Source: Blastocatellia bacterium UBA7656 (GTDB lineage: Bacteria; Acidobacteriota; Blastocatellia; UBA7656). From it: a stretch of DNA of 64,000 nt. This document shows positions 17,617 through 27,323 of the stretch, in pieces. The notes under the pieces are model-generated. The model was given only the letters and a program-made list of their open reading frames with translations, was not told the origin of the DNA and ran no database searches. Location: contig DLHY01000152.1 of assembly GCA_002483445.1 (NCBI GenBank), positions 4,021 to 68,020 of the forward strand. The letters run 5' to 3'. The translations under genes were made by a program, and so were the position numbers. Positions within the stretch are counted from its first letter, which is position 1, and every line of letters begins with the position of its first letter.

Positions 17617-20600
17617 TCAACTCCCATTGCCGCACGGGGCGACGATGCTGTCTCTGGTGTCAGAATCGATGATCGTACACTTCACCGTTCCCGGCGGCAT
17701 CTGCAACACTCCCTGCCCCTTCTTCTGACACGTGTCATAAGTCAGCGTCAGCCTCCTGTTCCCGGAGTTGTGCGTCAACGTCAACACGCATCCCTTCTTC
17801 ACTATCGTCCCCTTCCCGCTTACGATCATCCCTCCGCAGCACACCATGTAATCCCCCGTCAGCGTGTTGATGAATATCGCTCCTCCTCCGCTGTCGCTCC
17901 TTATCGCCACGTCGAACGTCGTCACGATGAAGCTGCAACTCGCAGTGTTGCCGCTCGTGTCCGTCGCCGTGCAAGTCACCGTCGTAAATCCTGCCGGGAA
18001 ACTCGATCCACTCGGCGGTGTGCAAACGGTCATCATCACTGCGCAGTTGTCCGATGAAGTCGGCGCTGGGTAATTCACCACCCCCGGCGGAGCCACCTGT
18101 GTCGGCGGACACACTATCGAAGGCGCCTGTGTGTCGTTGACCGTTACGGTGAAGCTGCACATCGCCGTGTTGCTGCTGGCGTCGGTCGCCGTGCAAGTCA
18201 CCGTCGTCGTCCCTACCGGGAATGTTGAGCCTGACGCGGGCGCGCACGCCACTCCTACTCCAGGACAGTTGTCCATCGCTGTTGCCATGAAAGTCACTAC
18301 CGCTGAACACTGCCCCGCTGTGTTTCCTGTCACTATGTTCGAGGGACACGTTATGCTCGGCGGCTGCATATCGTTGACCGTTACGGTGAACGAGCAGTTG
18401 GCTGTGTTGCCTGCTCCATCGCTCACTGTGCAGCCGACCGTTGTGACTCCTTTCGGGAATGTTGAGCCTGTCGGCGGGGTGCAAACCGGCGTCCCAACGC
18501 CAGAACAGTTGTCTGAGACCATCGGCGCTGAATAGCTCACGACTGCCGTACACACTCCCGCATCTGTTGACTGTGTGACCGGCGACGGACAGGTGATCGA
18601 AGGCGCATCGTCATCATTGATCGTTACACTGAAGCTGCACATCGCAGTGTTGCCGCTTGCGTCGGTCGCCGTGCAAGTCACCGTCGTCGTTCCTGTCGGG
18701 AATGATGTCCCGGTGTTTGGCGAGCAGGCCACACTCACTCCCGGACAGTTGTCCGCCCCTGTCGGCACCGTGTAGTTGACTATCGCTGCGCACATTCCAG
18801 CGTCCGTACCCTGCGTGATGTTAGAAGGACACATCACGGTCGGGTTCTCGGTGTCGTTGACCGTGACGGTGAACGAACAACTCGGCCCCACTGAGGTCGA
18901 ACACGTTACAGTCGTCGTGCCGACAGGGAACGATGAGCCTGATGCGGGATTGCAAGTCACCGTTCCGCAACTGCCCGTCGTCGTCGGGTTGGAGTAGCTG
19001 ACGACAGACGAACACTGGCCCGCGTCGTTGTTGGTCGTGATGTTCGACGGACAACTGATCGTGCATTGCACCACTTCTATGGTGAAAGAGCAGGAAGCTG
19101 TGTTGCTGCTGGCGTCAGTCGCCGTGCAGGTGACAGTCGTCATCCCAACGGGGAAGCACATCCCCGATGCTGGCGCGCAGACGACCATCGCTCCCGGACA
19201 GTTGTCTGTAGGAGTTGGAGTCGTGTAGTTGACCGTCGCGCAGCCAGCCCCGGTCGAAATCAGCATGTTGGGCGGGCAGGTGATCGAAGGAGGCTGATTG
19301 TCTGTCACCGTGACGGTGAAGGAACACATCGCCGTGTTGCCTGCTGCATCCGAGACCGAACAGGTAACGGTAGTCATCCCAACACTGAAGGATGAGCCTG
19401 ATGCGGGCGCACACATAGGCGTGCCGACTCCGGGACAGTTGTCCGAGGCCGTAGGCGGGGTGTAATTGACCGTTACGGTACACTGGCCCGCAGGCGGGGT
19501 CGTTGAGATATTAGACGGGCAGCCGATCAGCATCGGGTTTTCGGTGTCGTTGACCGTCACGGTGAAAGAGCATTGAGCCATCAGCCCTCCGGCATCAGTC
19601 ACGGTGCAGGTGACGGTCGTAGTCCCCTTGGGGAAAGCTGTTCCGGTGTTGGGAGCGCAGACGACATTGGCGCCTGGGCAGTTGTCCATCGGAGAGGGGA
19701 CGGTGTAGTTGACCACTGCTGTGCAAAGTCCCGAATCGGTGTTTGTAGTGGCGTTGGCCGGACAGGTGATGGTCGGATTCTCATTGTCGTTGACGGTGAC
19801 GGTGAAAGAGCAGTTGGCCGAGCCTGCTGAGTTGGTGGCCGAGCAGGTGACGGTAGTGACACCTTTGGGGAAAGCGAAGCCAGAAGCAGGAGAACACATC
19901 ACAGTAGGGACAGGGCAGCCGGTGACGGTGGGAGCGAAAGTTTCGACCGCCGTGCATTGACCCGGATCAGTATCAGTAGTGATGTTGGCCGGACAAGAGA
20001 TGGTCGGCACAGTGACTATAGTTGTGACAGTAGGCTGAGCGCCCATCATGCCAGCATCGCCGTCGGTTTGAATGTTAATGCCGCCATCGGCAGTGACAGT
20101 ACCCTGATTGGAGACAGAGCAGACACCATTGGGGAGCGGGTCATTGATCGTGACGTTGAACATGACGGTGATACTCTTGCCCGCAGGAAGGGTGAACGGG
20201 CCGAAGCTAACGGTCTCGCCGCTGGGAGTCATCACAGCAACACGTCTGGCGCGTGATCTGTAGTTGCTTGCGAACCCAGCAGGGTCAGCCCTCATCACGA
20301 CAGGCTTGAGCATCTCGTCAGATATAGCTGCCTGATCTGTCGCCGGGTTGAAGACGGCATAACGAGCATCGGCGGGAATTTTCGCCCTATCGGTTTGAAC
20401 ATTCGCCGTGCTGCTTTCAACCTGCGCGCCAGCGTGCTGGCTGCTCGCTTGCTTCACCGACTTGTCATCAGTAGAGGGCTTGATTGAGCCTATGGGCGAA
20501 GGAGTTACTTTCCACTGGTCAAGCGGCAAGCGCCTGACGCCAGGTGAAAGCGTGCCTTCCATAAGCGGCTGTAGGTTCTTCCGCTCTTTCTTCGGGAGCC

Positions 20601-23600
20601 GGTCTTTGCCCTGCATATAAACGTACCCAAGCTCGCGTATCACTACTGTGAGCAAGTCCATCTTGCCGTGCGCGATACTCAGGTCAGTCGTTTGAAGCTC
20701 TTTATCAGGAACAAGCACCTGGAATTCGCCGTCTTCCTGAGGTGTTTCATCGAAGTACCAGCCATAGCCTGCCGCCGTCTTATCAATCTTGACGTGTGTT
20801 GAAGAGACGTCTGCAAACTGATCGCCTGGCAAGTCAGCCATTTCGAATGAAACTGCGCGAAGGCGCGCGAGGTCTTCGGCAGCGATTTCTAACTGCTCCC
20901 ATCTTGCAAGGGCCGCTTGAACCGTCCATTGCAACTCGGCATCTTGGAGCTTATTAACCTGTTCTTCGCTTTGCCGCTCGCTGCTTGCGGCGACACAAGC
21001 GCTAGGAGGCCCCTTGCCTTCTTCGGGAGGCAGACTCAATGAGCCTGAGTCCGCAACGCCCCCTCTAAAAACAGATAATGGGGTCGTAATCGGCCCGGCA
21101 ATGAGCGCGACCCCGAACGCGGAGGCCGTGCCGGTATTTGTACTCGTCAATTGCGCCGTGGCATCGGCGCTCGCCGGCGGGGTGTCAACCAATTGCCCGA
21201 TGCCGTGACCGCCCGCCGCATCGTACTCGTAATAGGCAAGCTGCGTTGGAAGCAGGTCGAAAGTGGTCGTGCTGGGAACTATGTTGCCGCGCACGTCAGC
21301 CCGAACCGTTGGCGCTTTGTTGTCGGCACCAGTCTGGTTGTCGGCTTCGATCATAATCGCCGACAGAGGAAATCCAGATGGCGCCGGACCGGGGTCAACG
21401 TCGTTGTTAGTGAGGGTCACGTCGCTGGTCACGGTGTTCGGACCAAGGCTGCTGGCGAGAGGAGGCGCGGGGCCACGGAAAGCCACCGCGATACCGCGAG
21501 CGTCTGGCGTGCTCCTGATACGGTTGCCGTCGATGAGCATAGTAGCATCTGTCTGTCCCTGAATGACGACAGAAATGCCGCTGGCAACGGTGGCGCCATT
21601 GTTAATGTGGTTTCCCGAGATGGTGGCGACGATAGTGCCGCCGGTCGCCTGCGAGGATGAGAAGACGTTAACGGCCTGTAGAACAGTGCCAGTCATTGGA
21701 GACGCGAGCGTGCCATTATTGATGAACTTGAATGCATTGTTGGAACTGCTGTCCTGGGTGAAGCTGGCGTGGATGCCGTTGTTAGTGAACGTGTTGCCAG
21801 AGACGGTGAAATATGTTGCTGGTATGGCAGAAGTATTGCCGATTCTTCCGGTGTCGTGCGTCTGCACTTCCAAAGCTCGCTGGGGCGAGTTGTTGGTAAA
21901 CGTGCATCCGCTGATGCTCGCTACAGTCGTCACAGCCGTTCCCGACATCTCGAACAGGAACGCGTTGGCGCCGAACGTGTCGTTGAGGTCGTTGAAGGTG
22001 CTGTTCGTCACCGTGAACGAATCGATTGTCCCTGAGGTGTTGCGGAGGTGAACATTGTTGTGCGCGTTCCCGTTGACAGAGCTGTTGGTAATCGCTACGG
22101 TTCCGATTACACCCACAAAGGTACCCGATGGTTCGCCGAATCGAATTCCATCGTCGGAAGTGCTGTTGCCGTTGGTCGTGACGTTGCTGCGGTTGAGCGT
22201 GAAGCCATTGACATTGAGGCCCTTGATCCCGCTATCACCGCTGTTCTGGATGTTCATGTAGCCGAGGGAGACGTTGGTTGCGGCGTCGATTGCGACACCA
22301 TTCCCGCTTGAACTTTTGATAGAGCCCCCTGAGCCGTTGTTTGAAGCCCCGCCATCTCCTGCGACGGTAAAACTGCCGCTGGTTCTCGTAAGGATCAGGC
22401 CGCTTGTACCACCGCTTCCAGACGCCTCATTCATAGATACTTTCGTCAGCGTCATCATTAGTGGAGTTGTGCTGCTGCTGCGTGTGATCTCAACAGCCGT
22501 CGCGCTAGTGGTGCTGATAGTGCCGCTGGTCGTCGTGATGGTCATCGTGTTTTCGGTGGCGAGCAAGCCTCTCTGGTTTTGTTCCGGTGAGATGTTGAGA
22601 GCGCCAAATGTGATTGTGCCAGTGTTGGTAAGCAGGCTGACTCCTGTATTGCCTGTAGTGTTGGCATCTGGATTGGTTACGCTGGTAGTGCCAAAATTGA
22701 GAGTGGCGCTTGAAGTATTAACACTTATGCCAATGCCCGCCGCGTCCGTGACGGTTGTCGAACCAGACGACAGGCTACCGCTTGCGCTCGTCAGGCTTAT
22801 CCCTGTCGTCGTGCTGCCCGTCGATGTCAACGAGGTGAACGTCATCCCTATCGTCGTCGGATTGACATTGAGCGCAGGCCCGCCCGTCGCCACAACCGTA
22901 CCGCCGCTCACGTTGACCGTCCCGCTGCTCGCGGCTAGTATGCCCGTACCCGCTGTCACGCTGACCGTCACTCCTCCGCTGAAGTTGAATGTCGTCGCTC
23001 CGTTCGTTGCCAGATTGATTCCTGTCGCCGTGGCGTTCGTGATCGTAGTCGCTCCGCTTACGGTGAACGTCCCGCCCGTCGCTCCTGTCACTCTCAACCC
23101 TTGCGCTCCCGTCGTCGAACTCGCGCTCTCCAACGTCACCCCCAGCGTTCCCGCTGTCTGAATATCAACAGCCGCTCCCGGATTGCCCACCGCCTGCACT
23201 GTATCAGCGTTGAGGTTCCCGACGCTCGATCCGCCTATTCCTGCGCTTGCTCCTCCGGCGGCTGTCGTCTGCGCGACGAGTCCTCGCACCGTGTTGCCGC
23301 TTGCCAGCGTCACTCCGTTTCCTCCGCTATTGGTGATCGTCGGCTTCGCTCCCGCTGGGTTGAGCGTCAGGCTCGCGACGACCAAAGCCACTCCTTGCCC
23401 GATCAGTTTCTGACCAGTTTCAAGTCCTATCCCTGTCGTGTAATTCCCGCTTCCCGTGTGCACATAGATGAACTCGTTGGGATCGTCCGCGTCTCCCGCG
23501 CCTCCCGCTCCGTTTACTGGCGCGAGTGTCTGGAAGGGTGAAGTGGAACGTCCGTCGCCGCCTGCCGCTGATGCGTTGTTGACGTACCAGACCATCTCCG

Positions 23601-24285
23601 TGACCGTGATCGTGACTGTAGCCGTGCTGGTCTTTCCTGCCGAATCCTTGATCGTGTAGGTGAAGGTGTCTGTCCCGGTGAATCCTACCGGCGGCACATA
23701 GTCGAGATGGCCAAAGACCGGGTTGATGCTGACGTTGCCTCCCTGCGCGCTCGGATTTTGAAATGTGTCGAGCGTGAAAGTATCGCCGAGGAACTCCATA
23801 TCGTTGTCGAAGAGCGAGTCTCCTGGAATTACGACTTCAGGGCCGCTCACCGAGGCACTACCGACCTTGAGGCGAGTATTGCCGATAGTCGTGTAAGCGT
23901 CGTTGCCCGCCAGAGGCGAGACGTTGACTGATCCCATCACCAGAGTGGTGTTGGCGTCAATCATATCGGTGAACATCACGTTGGTAGCCGGGTCGGGGCC
24001 TCCATTGGAGAGAGTGACGGAGTACATCAAGGTGTCGCCGGGTTCGGCATTCCCGCCATTGACATCAGTGGCCGTTTTGGTCGCTGACAGGGAAGGAGCG
24101 AATGGGGCGGAGGTGATGACCGAAACCGGATCAAGGACAGAGGACATCTCGCTTTTGACAACAGGGATCGAATTCTCTGATCGAGAGGAAGAGGCGGGCT
24201 GGATGGCCAGCAGCAGCGTCAATCCTACGATGGCTGCTGATGAACGAATCAAAGTACCGGCAAGGCTAACACGATTTCTCCTCAT
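17617..24285 (-). CDS. Giant secreted surface/adhesin-like protein (~2222 aa): signal peptide, parallel beta-helix/POMP-like T/S/G-rich region, 9 tandem HYR domains, conserved C-terminal module.
   Basis: Start ATG 24285 with GGGAG SD (MRRNRVSLAGTLIRSSAAIVGLTLLLA). Nine CPxN...PxGxxF.xGxTxVTCxAxDxxGNxxxCSFTVTV units (HYR). C-terminal ~100 aa has a CCGG...LTL.HN...LQ.PPG...C.I.D..RD...CG.GGS pattern shared with the 38757..40877 protein. Confidence 0.8.
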   Translation of the reverse strand: MRRNRVSLAGTLIRSSAAIVGLTLLLAIQPASSSRSENSIPVVKSEMSSVLDPVSVITSAPFAPSLSATKTATDVNGGNAEPGDTLMYSVTLSNGGPDPATNVMFTDMIDANTTLVMGSVNVSPLAGNDAYTTIGNTRLKVGSASVSGPEVVIPGDSLFDNDMEFLGDTFTLDTFQNPSAQGGNVSINPVFGHLDYVPPVGFTGTDTFTYTIKDSAGKTSTATVTITVTEMVWYVNNASAAGGDGRSTSPFQTLAPVNGAGGAGDADDPNEFIYVHTGSGNYTTGIGLETGQKLIGQGVALVVASLTLNPAGAKPTITNSGGNGVTLASGNTVRGLVAQTTAAGGASAGIGGSSVGNLNADTVQAVGNPGAAVDIQTAGTLGVTLESASSTTGAQGLRVTGATGGTFTVSGATTITNATATGINLATNGATTFNFSGGVTVSVTAGTGILAASSGTVNVSGGTVVATGGPALNVNPTTIGMTFTSLTSTGSTTTGISLTSASGSLSSGSTTVTDAAGIGISVNTSSATLNFGTTSVTNPDANTTGNTGVSLLTNTGTITFGALNISPEQNQRGLLATENTMTITTTSGTISTTSATAVEITRSSSTTPLMMTLTKVSMNEASGSGGTSGLILTRTSGSFTVAGDGGASNNGSGGSIKSSSGNGVAIDAATNVSLGYMNIQNSGDSGIKGLNVNGFTLNRSNVTTNGNSTSDDGIRFGEPSGTFVGVIGTVAITNSSVNGNAHNNVHLRNTSGTIDSFTVTNSTFNDLNDTFGANAFLFEMSGTAVTTVASISGCTFTNNSPQRALEVQTHDTGRIGNTSAIPATYFTVSGNTFTNNGIHASFTQDSSSNNAFKFINNGTLASPMTGTVLQAVNVFSSSQATGGTIVATISGNHINNGATVASGISVVIQGQTDATMLIDGNRIRSTPDARGIAVAFRGPAPPLASSLGPNTVTSDVTLTNNDVDPGPAPSGFPLSAIMIEADNQTGADNKAPTVRADVRGNIVPSTTTFDLLPTQLAYYEYDAAGGHGIGQLVDTPPASADATAQLTSTNTGTASAFGVALIAGPITTPLSVFRGGVADSGSLSLPPEEGKGPPSACVAASSERQSEEQVNKLQDAELQWTVQAALARWEQLEIAAEDLARLRAVSFEMADLPGDQFADVSSTHVKIDKTAAGYGWYFDETPQEDGEFQVLVPDKELQTTDLSIAHGKMDLLTVVIRELGYVYMQGKDRLPKKERKNLQPLMEGTLSPGVRRLPLDQWKVTPSPIGSIKPSTDDKSVKQASSQHAGAQVESSTANVQTDRAKIPADARYAVFNPATDQAAISDEMLKPVVMRADPAGFASNYRSRARRVAVMTPSGETVSFGPFTLPAGKSITVMFNVTINDPLPNGVCSVSNQGTVTADGGINIQTDGDAGMMGAQPTVTTIVTVPTISCPANITTDTDPGQCTAVETFAPTVTGCPVPTVMCSPASGFAFPKGVTTVTCSATNSAGSANCSFTVTVNDNENPTITCPANATTNTDSGLCTAVVNYTVPSPMDNCPGANVVCAPNTGTAFPKGTTTVTCTVTDAGGLMAQCSFTVTVNDTENPMLIGCPSNISTTPPAGQCTVTVNYTPPTASDNCPGVGTPMCAPASGSSFSVGMTTVTCSVSDAAGNTAMCSFTVTVTDNQPPSITCPPNMLISTGAGCATVNYTTPTPTDNCPGAMVVCAPASGMCFPVGMTTVTCTATDASSNTASCSFTIEVVQCTISCPSNITTNNDAGQCSSVVSYSNPTTTGSCGTVTCNPASGSSFPVGTTTVTCSTSVGPSCSFTVTVNDTENPTVMCPSNITQGTDAGMCAAIVNYTVPTGADNCPGVSVACSPNTGTSFPTGTTTVTCTATDASGNTAMCSFSVTINDDDAPSITCPSPVTQSTDAGVCTAVVSYSAPMVSDNCSGVGTPVCTPPTGSTFPKGVTTVGCTVSDGAGNTANCSFTVTVNDMQPPSITCPSNIVTGNTAGQCSAVVTFMATAMDNCPGVGVACAPASGSTFPVGTTTVTCTATDASSNTAMCSFTVTVNDTQAPSIVCPPTQVAPPGVVNYPAPTSSDNCAVMMTVCTPPSGSSFPAGFTTVTCTATDTSGNTASCSFIVTTFDVAIRSDSGGGAIFINTLTGDYMVCCGGMIVSGKGTIVKKGCVLTLTHNSGNRRLTLTYDTCQKKGQGVLQMPPGTVKCTIIDSDTRDSIVAPCGNGS

Positions 24286-24909
24286 AACATCACTCCCTTT
24301 GTGAAGGCGGACGAGCCGCTCGGCGATATTAAACGGGATCATTTTTCCGGCCTGATCTTCCTCGACGGCATCTGGGGAAATGCCGGATCAGGCTATTGCG
24401 TAGGCATTCAGAGATAGAGCCTCAGAGTCAAGCGCGCAAAGCGTCGCCGTGGAGATGAGACTCGATTCTCAAAAACAGAAAGCAGGCGCGCACATACTGA
24501 AAGCGCGCGACAGGGCGGCGAAACACAGTGAGCGAAAAGAGCCTTTTGTTTTTACCATTCCGGTTTCGAAAGACCGTAAGTTATGCTCGAAGCGAACTGC
24601 AAAAACACTGAAACATTGGCTGATGAAGAATCGTCAGTCGGGGCTTATCTTACTCGACCACAGGTCGAATATCCAGACAAGTTTTCTACCGGCAATTGAA
24701 GGCATCAAGTCGGGTGAAGCGCAGCCTTATGCATTGTGCGTTTACGAATTGAAAGTATTGAAACCTCGCTCCACTATCAGTACAATCCCGACTGTCCGAT
24801 CTGCCCCCGATTCGCCAGTATCCTCATTCGAAAAAATATAGCTGATCGACACCGATTGATCGGCCCGCGTCCTCACCACCCGATTCGCGCTCCGACTCTT
24901 AGTGAAAGG

Positions 24910-27186
24910 ATGACCTTCTCGATGAAAGGCTTTCGATATTTGCTCATCTCTCTTGGCGCAGTCTTTTTTTTATCCGTAACCGCATCGGCAAACACTTATT
25001 ACGTTTCAACCACAGGCAATAACAACAATCCCGGAACCGAAGGGCTGCCGTGGCAGACCATTCAGTACGCCGTCGATCACGTCTCTCCGGGCGATACCAT
25101 TCTCGTCCAATCCGGCTCTTACGCGGGATGCCGCATCACGCGCTCAGGCACAGCCAACGCTCCCTGTACGCTCAAAGCCGCGCCCGGAGCCAGTGTCCTT
25201 ATCAATTCGCTCAGTCCCGCGAACAGACATCAGAGTCTCATCGAAATTGAAAACTTCGATGCGGTGGTCAGCTACTGGATAATCGATGGATTCGAGGTCG
25301 CCAACGGCGCGCGATACGGCATCGATCTTCGCTTTACGGATCACGTCACCATTCAGAACTGCCGCGCGCACGGCAGCCGACTCACAGGCATCTTTCTTGC
25401 GTTCTGTTACTTTCCGCTCATTCAAAACAACGAGTCTTACTCGAACGGCGAACATGGAATCTATCAGAGCAACAGCGGGGACAACCCTGTGATTCGAAGC
25501 AACAATCTGCATCACAACTTTGCCGCAGGGCTTCACATGAACGGCGACCGCAACTTCACTCCCGGCGACGGAATAATTTCTTTCGCGGTTGTTGAAAAAA
25601 ACATCGTCTGGGAAAACGGAACGGGCGGCGGATCGGGTATAAACTGCGACGGCGTATCGGACAGCATCATCCGCAACAACCTGCTCTATAACAATCGCGC
25701 AAGCGGCATTTCGCTTTACGCAATCGATGGCGCTGAAGGATCGAGCCGCAATCGCGTCTACAACAACACCATCGTGATGCCATCGAACGGGCGATGGTGC
25801 ATAAACATCCCGGCTTCGACCGAAGGCCAGACGAACCCCACAGGCAACAAGATCAAAAACAATATTCTCTACAACGCCCATTCGTTTCGCGGCGCGATCA
25901 CTACATACTCGAACGCGGCAAGCGGGTTCGAAAGCGATTACAACATCATCGTTCCACGCTTCAGCACGGACGGCGGCAGCAGCAACATGAATCTGTCTCA
26001 ATGGCAAAGTCGAGGATACGATCTGCATTCCGCCACGGCGACGCTCGATCAATTATTCATCGATGCGGCGGCTTTGAATTTTCGATTGAAGACCGCCTCG
26101 CCCGCTCAGGATTTCGGCACTGTGCTCGCGGATGTCACTCAAGACATAGACGGAGTCGCGCGCCCGCAAGGCGCAAAGCACGATGCGGGATGCTATGAAG
26201 CGCAGCAGTCGCCTCAAGCGCCCGTCGCTGATTTTTCGGCAAGCCCTGTGAGCGGCACGGCTCCGCTTGCAGTTCAGTTCACCGATCAATCGACCAATGC
26301 AACCGGGTGGCAATGGGATTTCGGCGATGGAGGAAGTTCTTCGCAGAAAAATCCTTCGCACACTTATCAAAACGCTGGAAGCTACACCGTCTCGCTGACG
26401 GCTTCGAATGCTGCCGGGATGTCAGTCAAAACGAAGACCGGCTACATCACCGCTTCCCAAGCGCCTCAGCCGCCCGTCGCTGATTTTTCAGCAACTCCGT
26501 TGACCGGTAATGCGCCACTGATAGTTCAGTTCAATGATCTGTCAACCAACGCGACCGGATGGCAGTGGGACTTCGGCGATGGAGGAAGTTCTTCGCAGAA
26601 AAATCCTTCGCACACTTATCAAAGCGCGGGCAGCTACACCGTCCGGCTTACTGCTTCAAACGCAGCGGGTCAGTCGATCAAAACGAAGACCAGCTACATC
26701 ACAGTCTCTCAAGCGCCGCCACCTCCACCGCCGCCCATCGCGCAGGATTACACATGCACGTCGGTTACGGTCGATTCAGGCAAAGTGAAATCGGGCAATC
26801 ACACGAGCGTTCACTCGTCGGACGATGTCACGCTGCAAATTCGTTCGAGCAATTCGGGCGGATTGCAGGCGGCGCAATCGACATACCTGTTCGAGACTGC
26901 GCTCAACCGGCTATCGAGCCTCACAGTGATGACGGAGGCGAAAGTCTCCATCAAGCCGCAGCGACAGCGCGTGATGGTCTTCAATTTCTCGACCAATCAG
27001 TGGGACACGATTGACGACCGCCAGATCACGAGCAAGAGCGATCAGGCGGTAACGATCAACGTGTCGAATCCTTCGCTCTACATCTCAGCTTCGGGGCAGG
27101 TGAGGGTTCGCATCAGAAGCGGCGACTCGACAACCAGCGGGTGGAAGCACTCGGTCGATTTAGTGAAGATCACCGCCGCGCCTTGA
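24910..27186 (+). CDS. Secreted right-handed parallel beta-helix protein with two tandem PKD domains and a C-terminal domain of unknown function.
   Basis: Start ATG 24910 (AAGGA SD). Signal peptide MKGFRYLLISLGAVFFLSVTASA. NNxxxN/beta-helix repeats (IIRNNLLYNNRASGISLY). Two PKD units (WQWDFGDGGSSSQKNPSHTYQ.AGSYTV.LTASNAAG). Confidence 0.75.
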   Translation: MTFSMKGFRYLLISLGAVFFLSVTASANTYYVSTTGNNNNPGTEGLPWQTIQYAVDHVSPGDTILVQSGSYAGCRITRSGTANAPCTLKAAPGASVLINSLSPANRHQSLIEIENFDAVVSYWIIDGFEVANGARYGIDLRFTDHVTIQNCRAHGSRLTGIFLAFCYFPLIQNNESYSNGEHGIYQSNSGDNPVIRSNNLHHNFAAGLHMNGDRNFTPGDGIISFAVVEKNIVWENGTGGGSGINCDGVSDSIIRNNLLYNNRASGISLYAIDGAEGSSRNRVYNNTIVMPSNGRWCINIPASTEGQTNPTGNKIKNNILYNAHSFRGAITTYSNAASGFESDYNIIVPRFSTDGGSSNMNLSQWQSRGYDLHSATATLDQLFIDAAALNFRLKTASPAQDFGTVLADVTQDIDGVARPQGAKHDAGCYEAQQSPQAPVADFSASPVSGTAPLAVQFTDQSTNATGWQWDFGDGGSSSQKNPSHTYQNAGSYTVSLTASNAAGMSVKTKTGYITASQAPQPPVADFSATPLTGNAPLIVQFNDLSTNATGWQWDFGDGGSSSQKNPSHTYQSAGSYTVRLTASNAAGQSIKTKTSYITVSQAPPPPPPPIAQDYTCTSVTVDSGKVKSGNHTSVHSSDDVTLQIRSSNSGGLQAAQSTYLFETALNRLSSLTVMTEAKVSIKPQRQRVMVFNFSTNQWDTIDDRQITSKSDQAVTINVSNPSLYISASGQVRVRIRSGDSTTSGWKHSVDLVKITAAP
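26206..26706 (+). repeat. Near-identical tandem duplication (~249 bp x2) encoding the two PKD domains.
   Basis: Protein repeats differ at only ~10 of 83 positions; DNA blocks starting ~26206 and ~26455 are nearly identical. Confidence 0.7.
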
Positions 27187-27190
27187 GGAA

Positions 27191-27272
27191 GGCAAAAGTA
27201 AAAAGGTAAAAGGCAAAAGTGGGAAAGACCGCTCGATATTTTTGCCTTTTTACTTTTGCCTTTTTACTTTTC
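27191..27272 (+). terminator. Microsatellite hairpin (GGCAAAAGTAAAAAG repeats vs CTTTTTACTTTTGCC repeats) immediately after the beta-helix gene stop. Candidate terminator/REP-like element.
   Basis: ggcaaaagtaaaaaggtaaaaggcaaaagt ... ttttgcctttttacttttgcctttttactttt, read directly. Confidence 0.6.
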
Positions 27273-27323
27273 CATTGATGTTGGCTACTATCTTTCCTTC
27301 CAAAACATGCCTGTGGAGGGAAC

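Noticed and set aside
17735-24304. Many 60-300-aa ORFs on the + strand and in alternate - frames inside the giant adhesin gene (e.g. 17735..18553, 21151..21660, 22274..23161, 23903..24304).
   Set aside because: They are antisense or out-of-frame to a continuous 2222-aa ORF with clear domain architecture. The repetitive, GC-rich HYR/beta-helix coding creates long spurious open frames.
24449-24841. 130-aa + ORF in the AT-rich region between the divergent adhesin and beta-helix genes.
   Set aside because: No SD, atypical composition, no motif. The region is more likely a divergent promoter/regulatory spacer.
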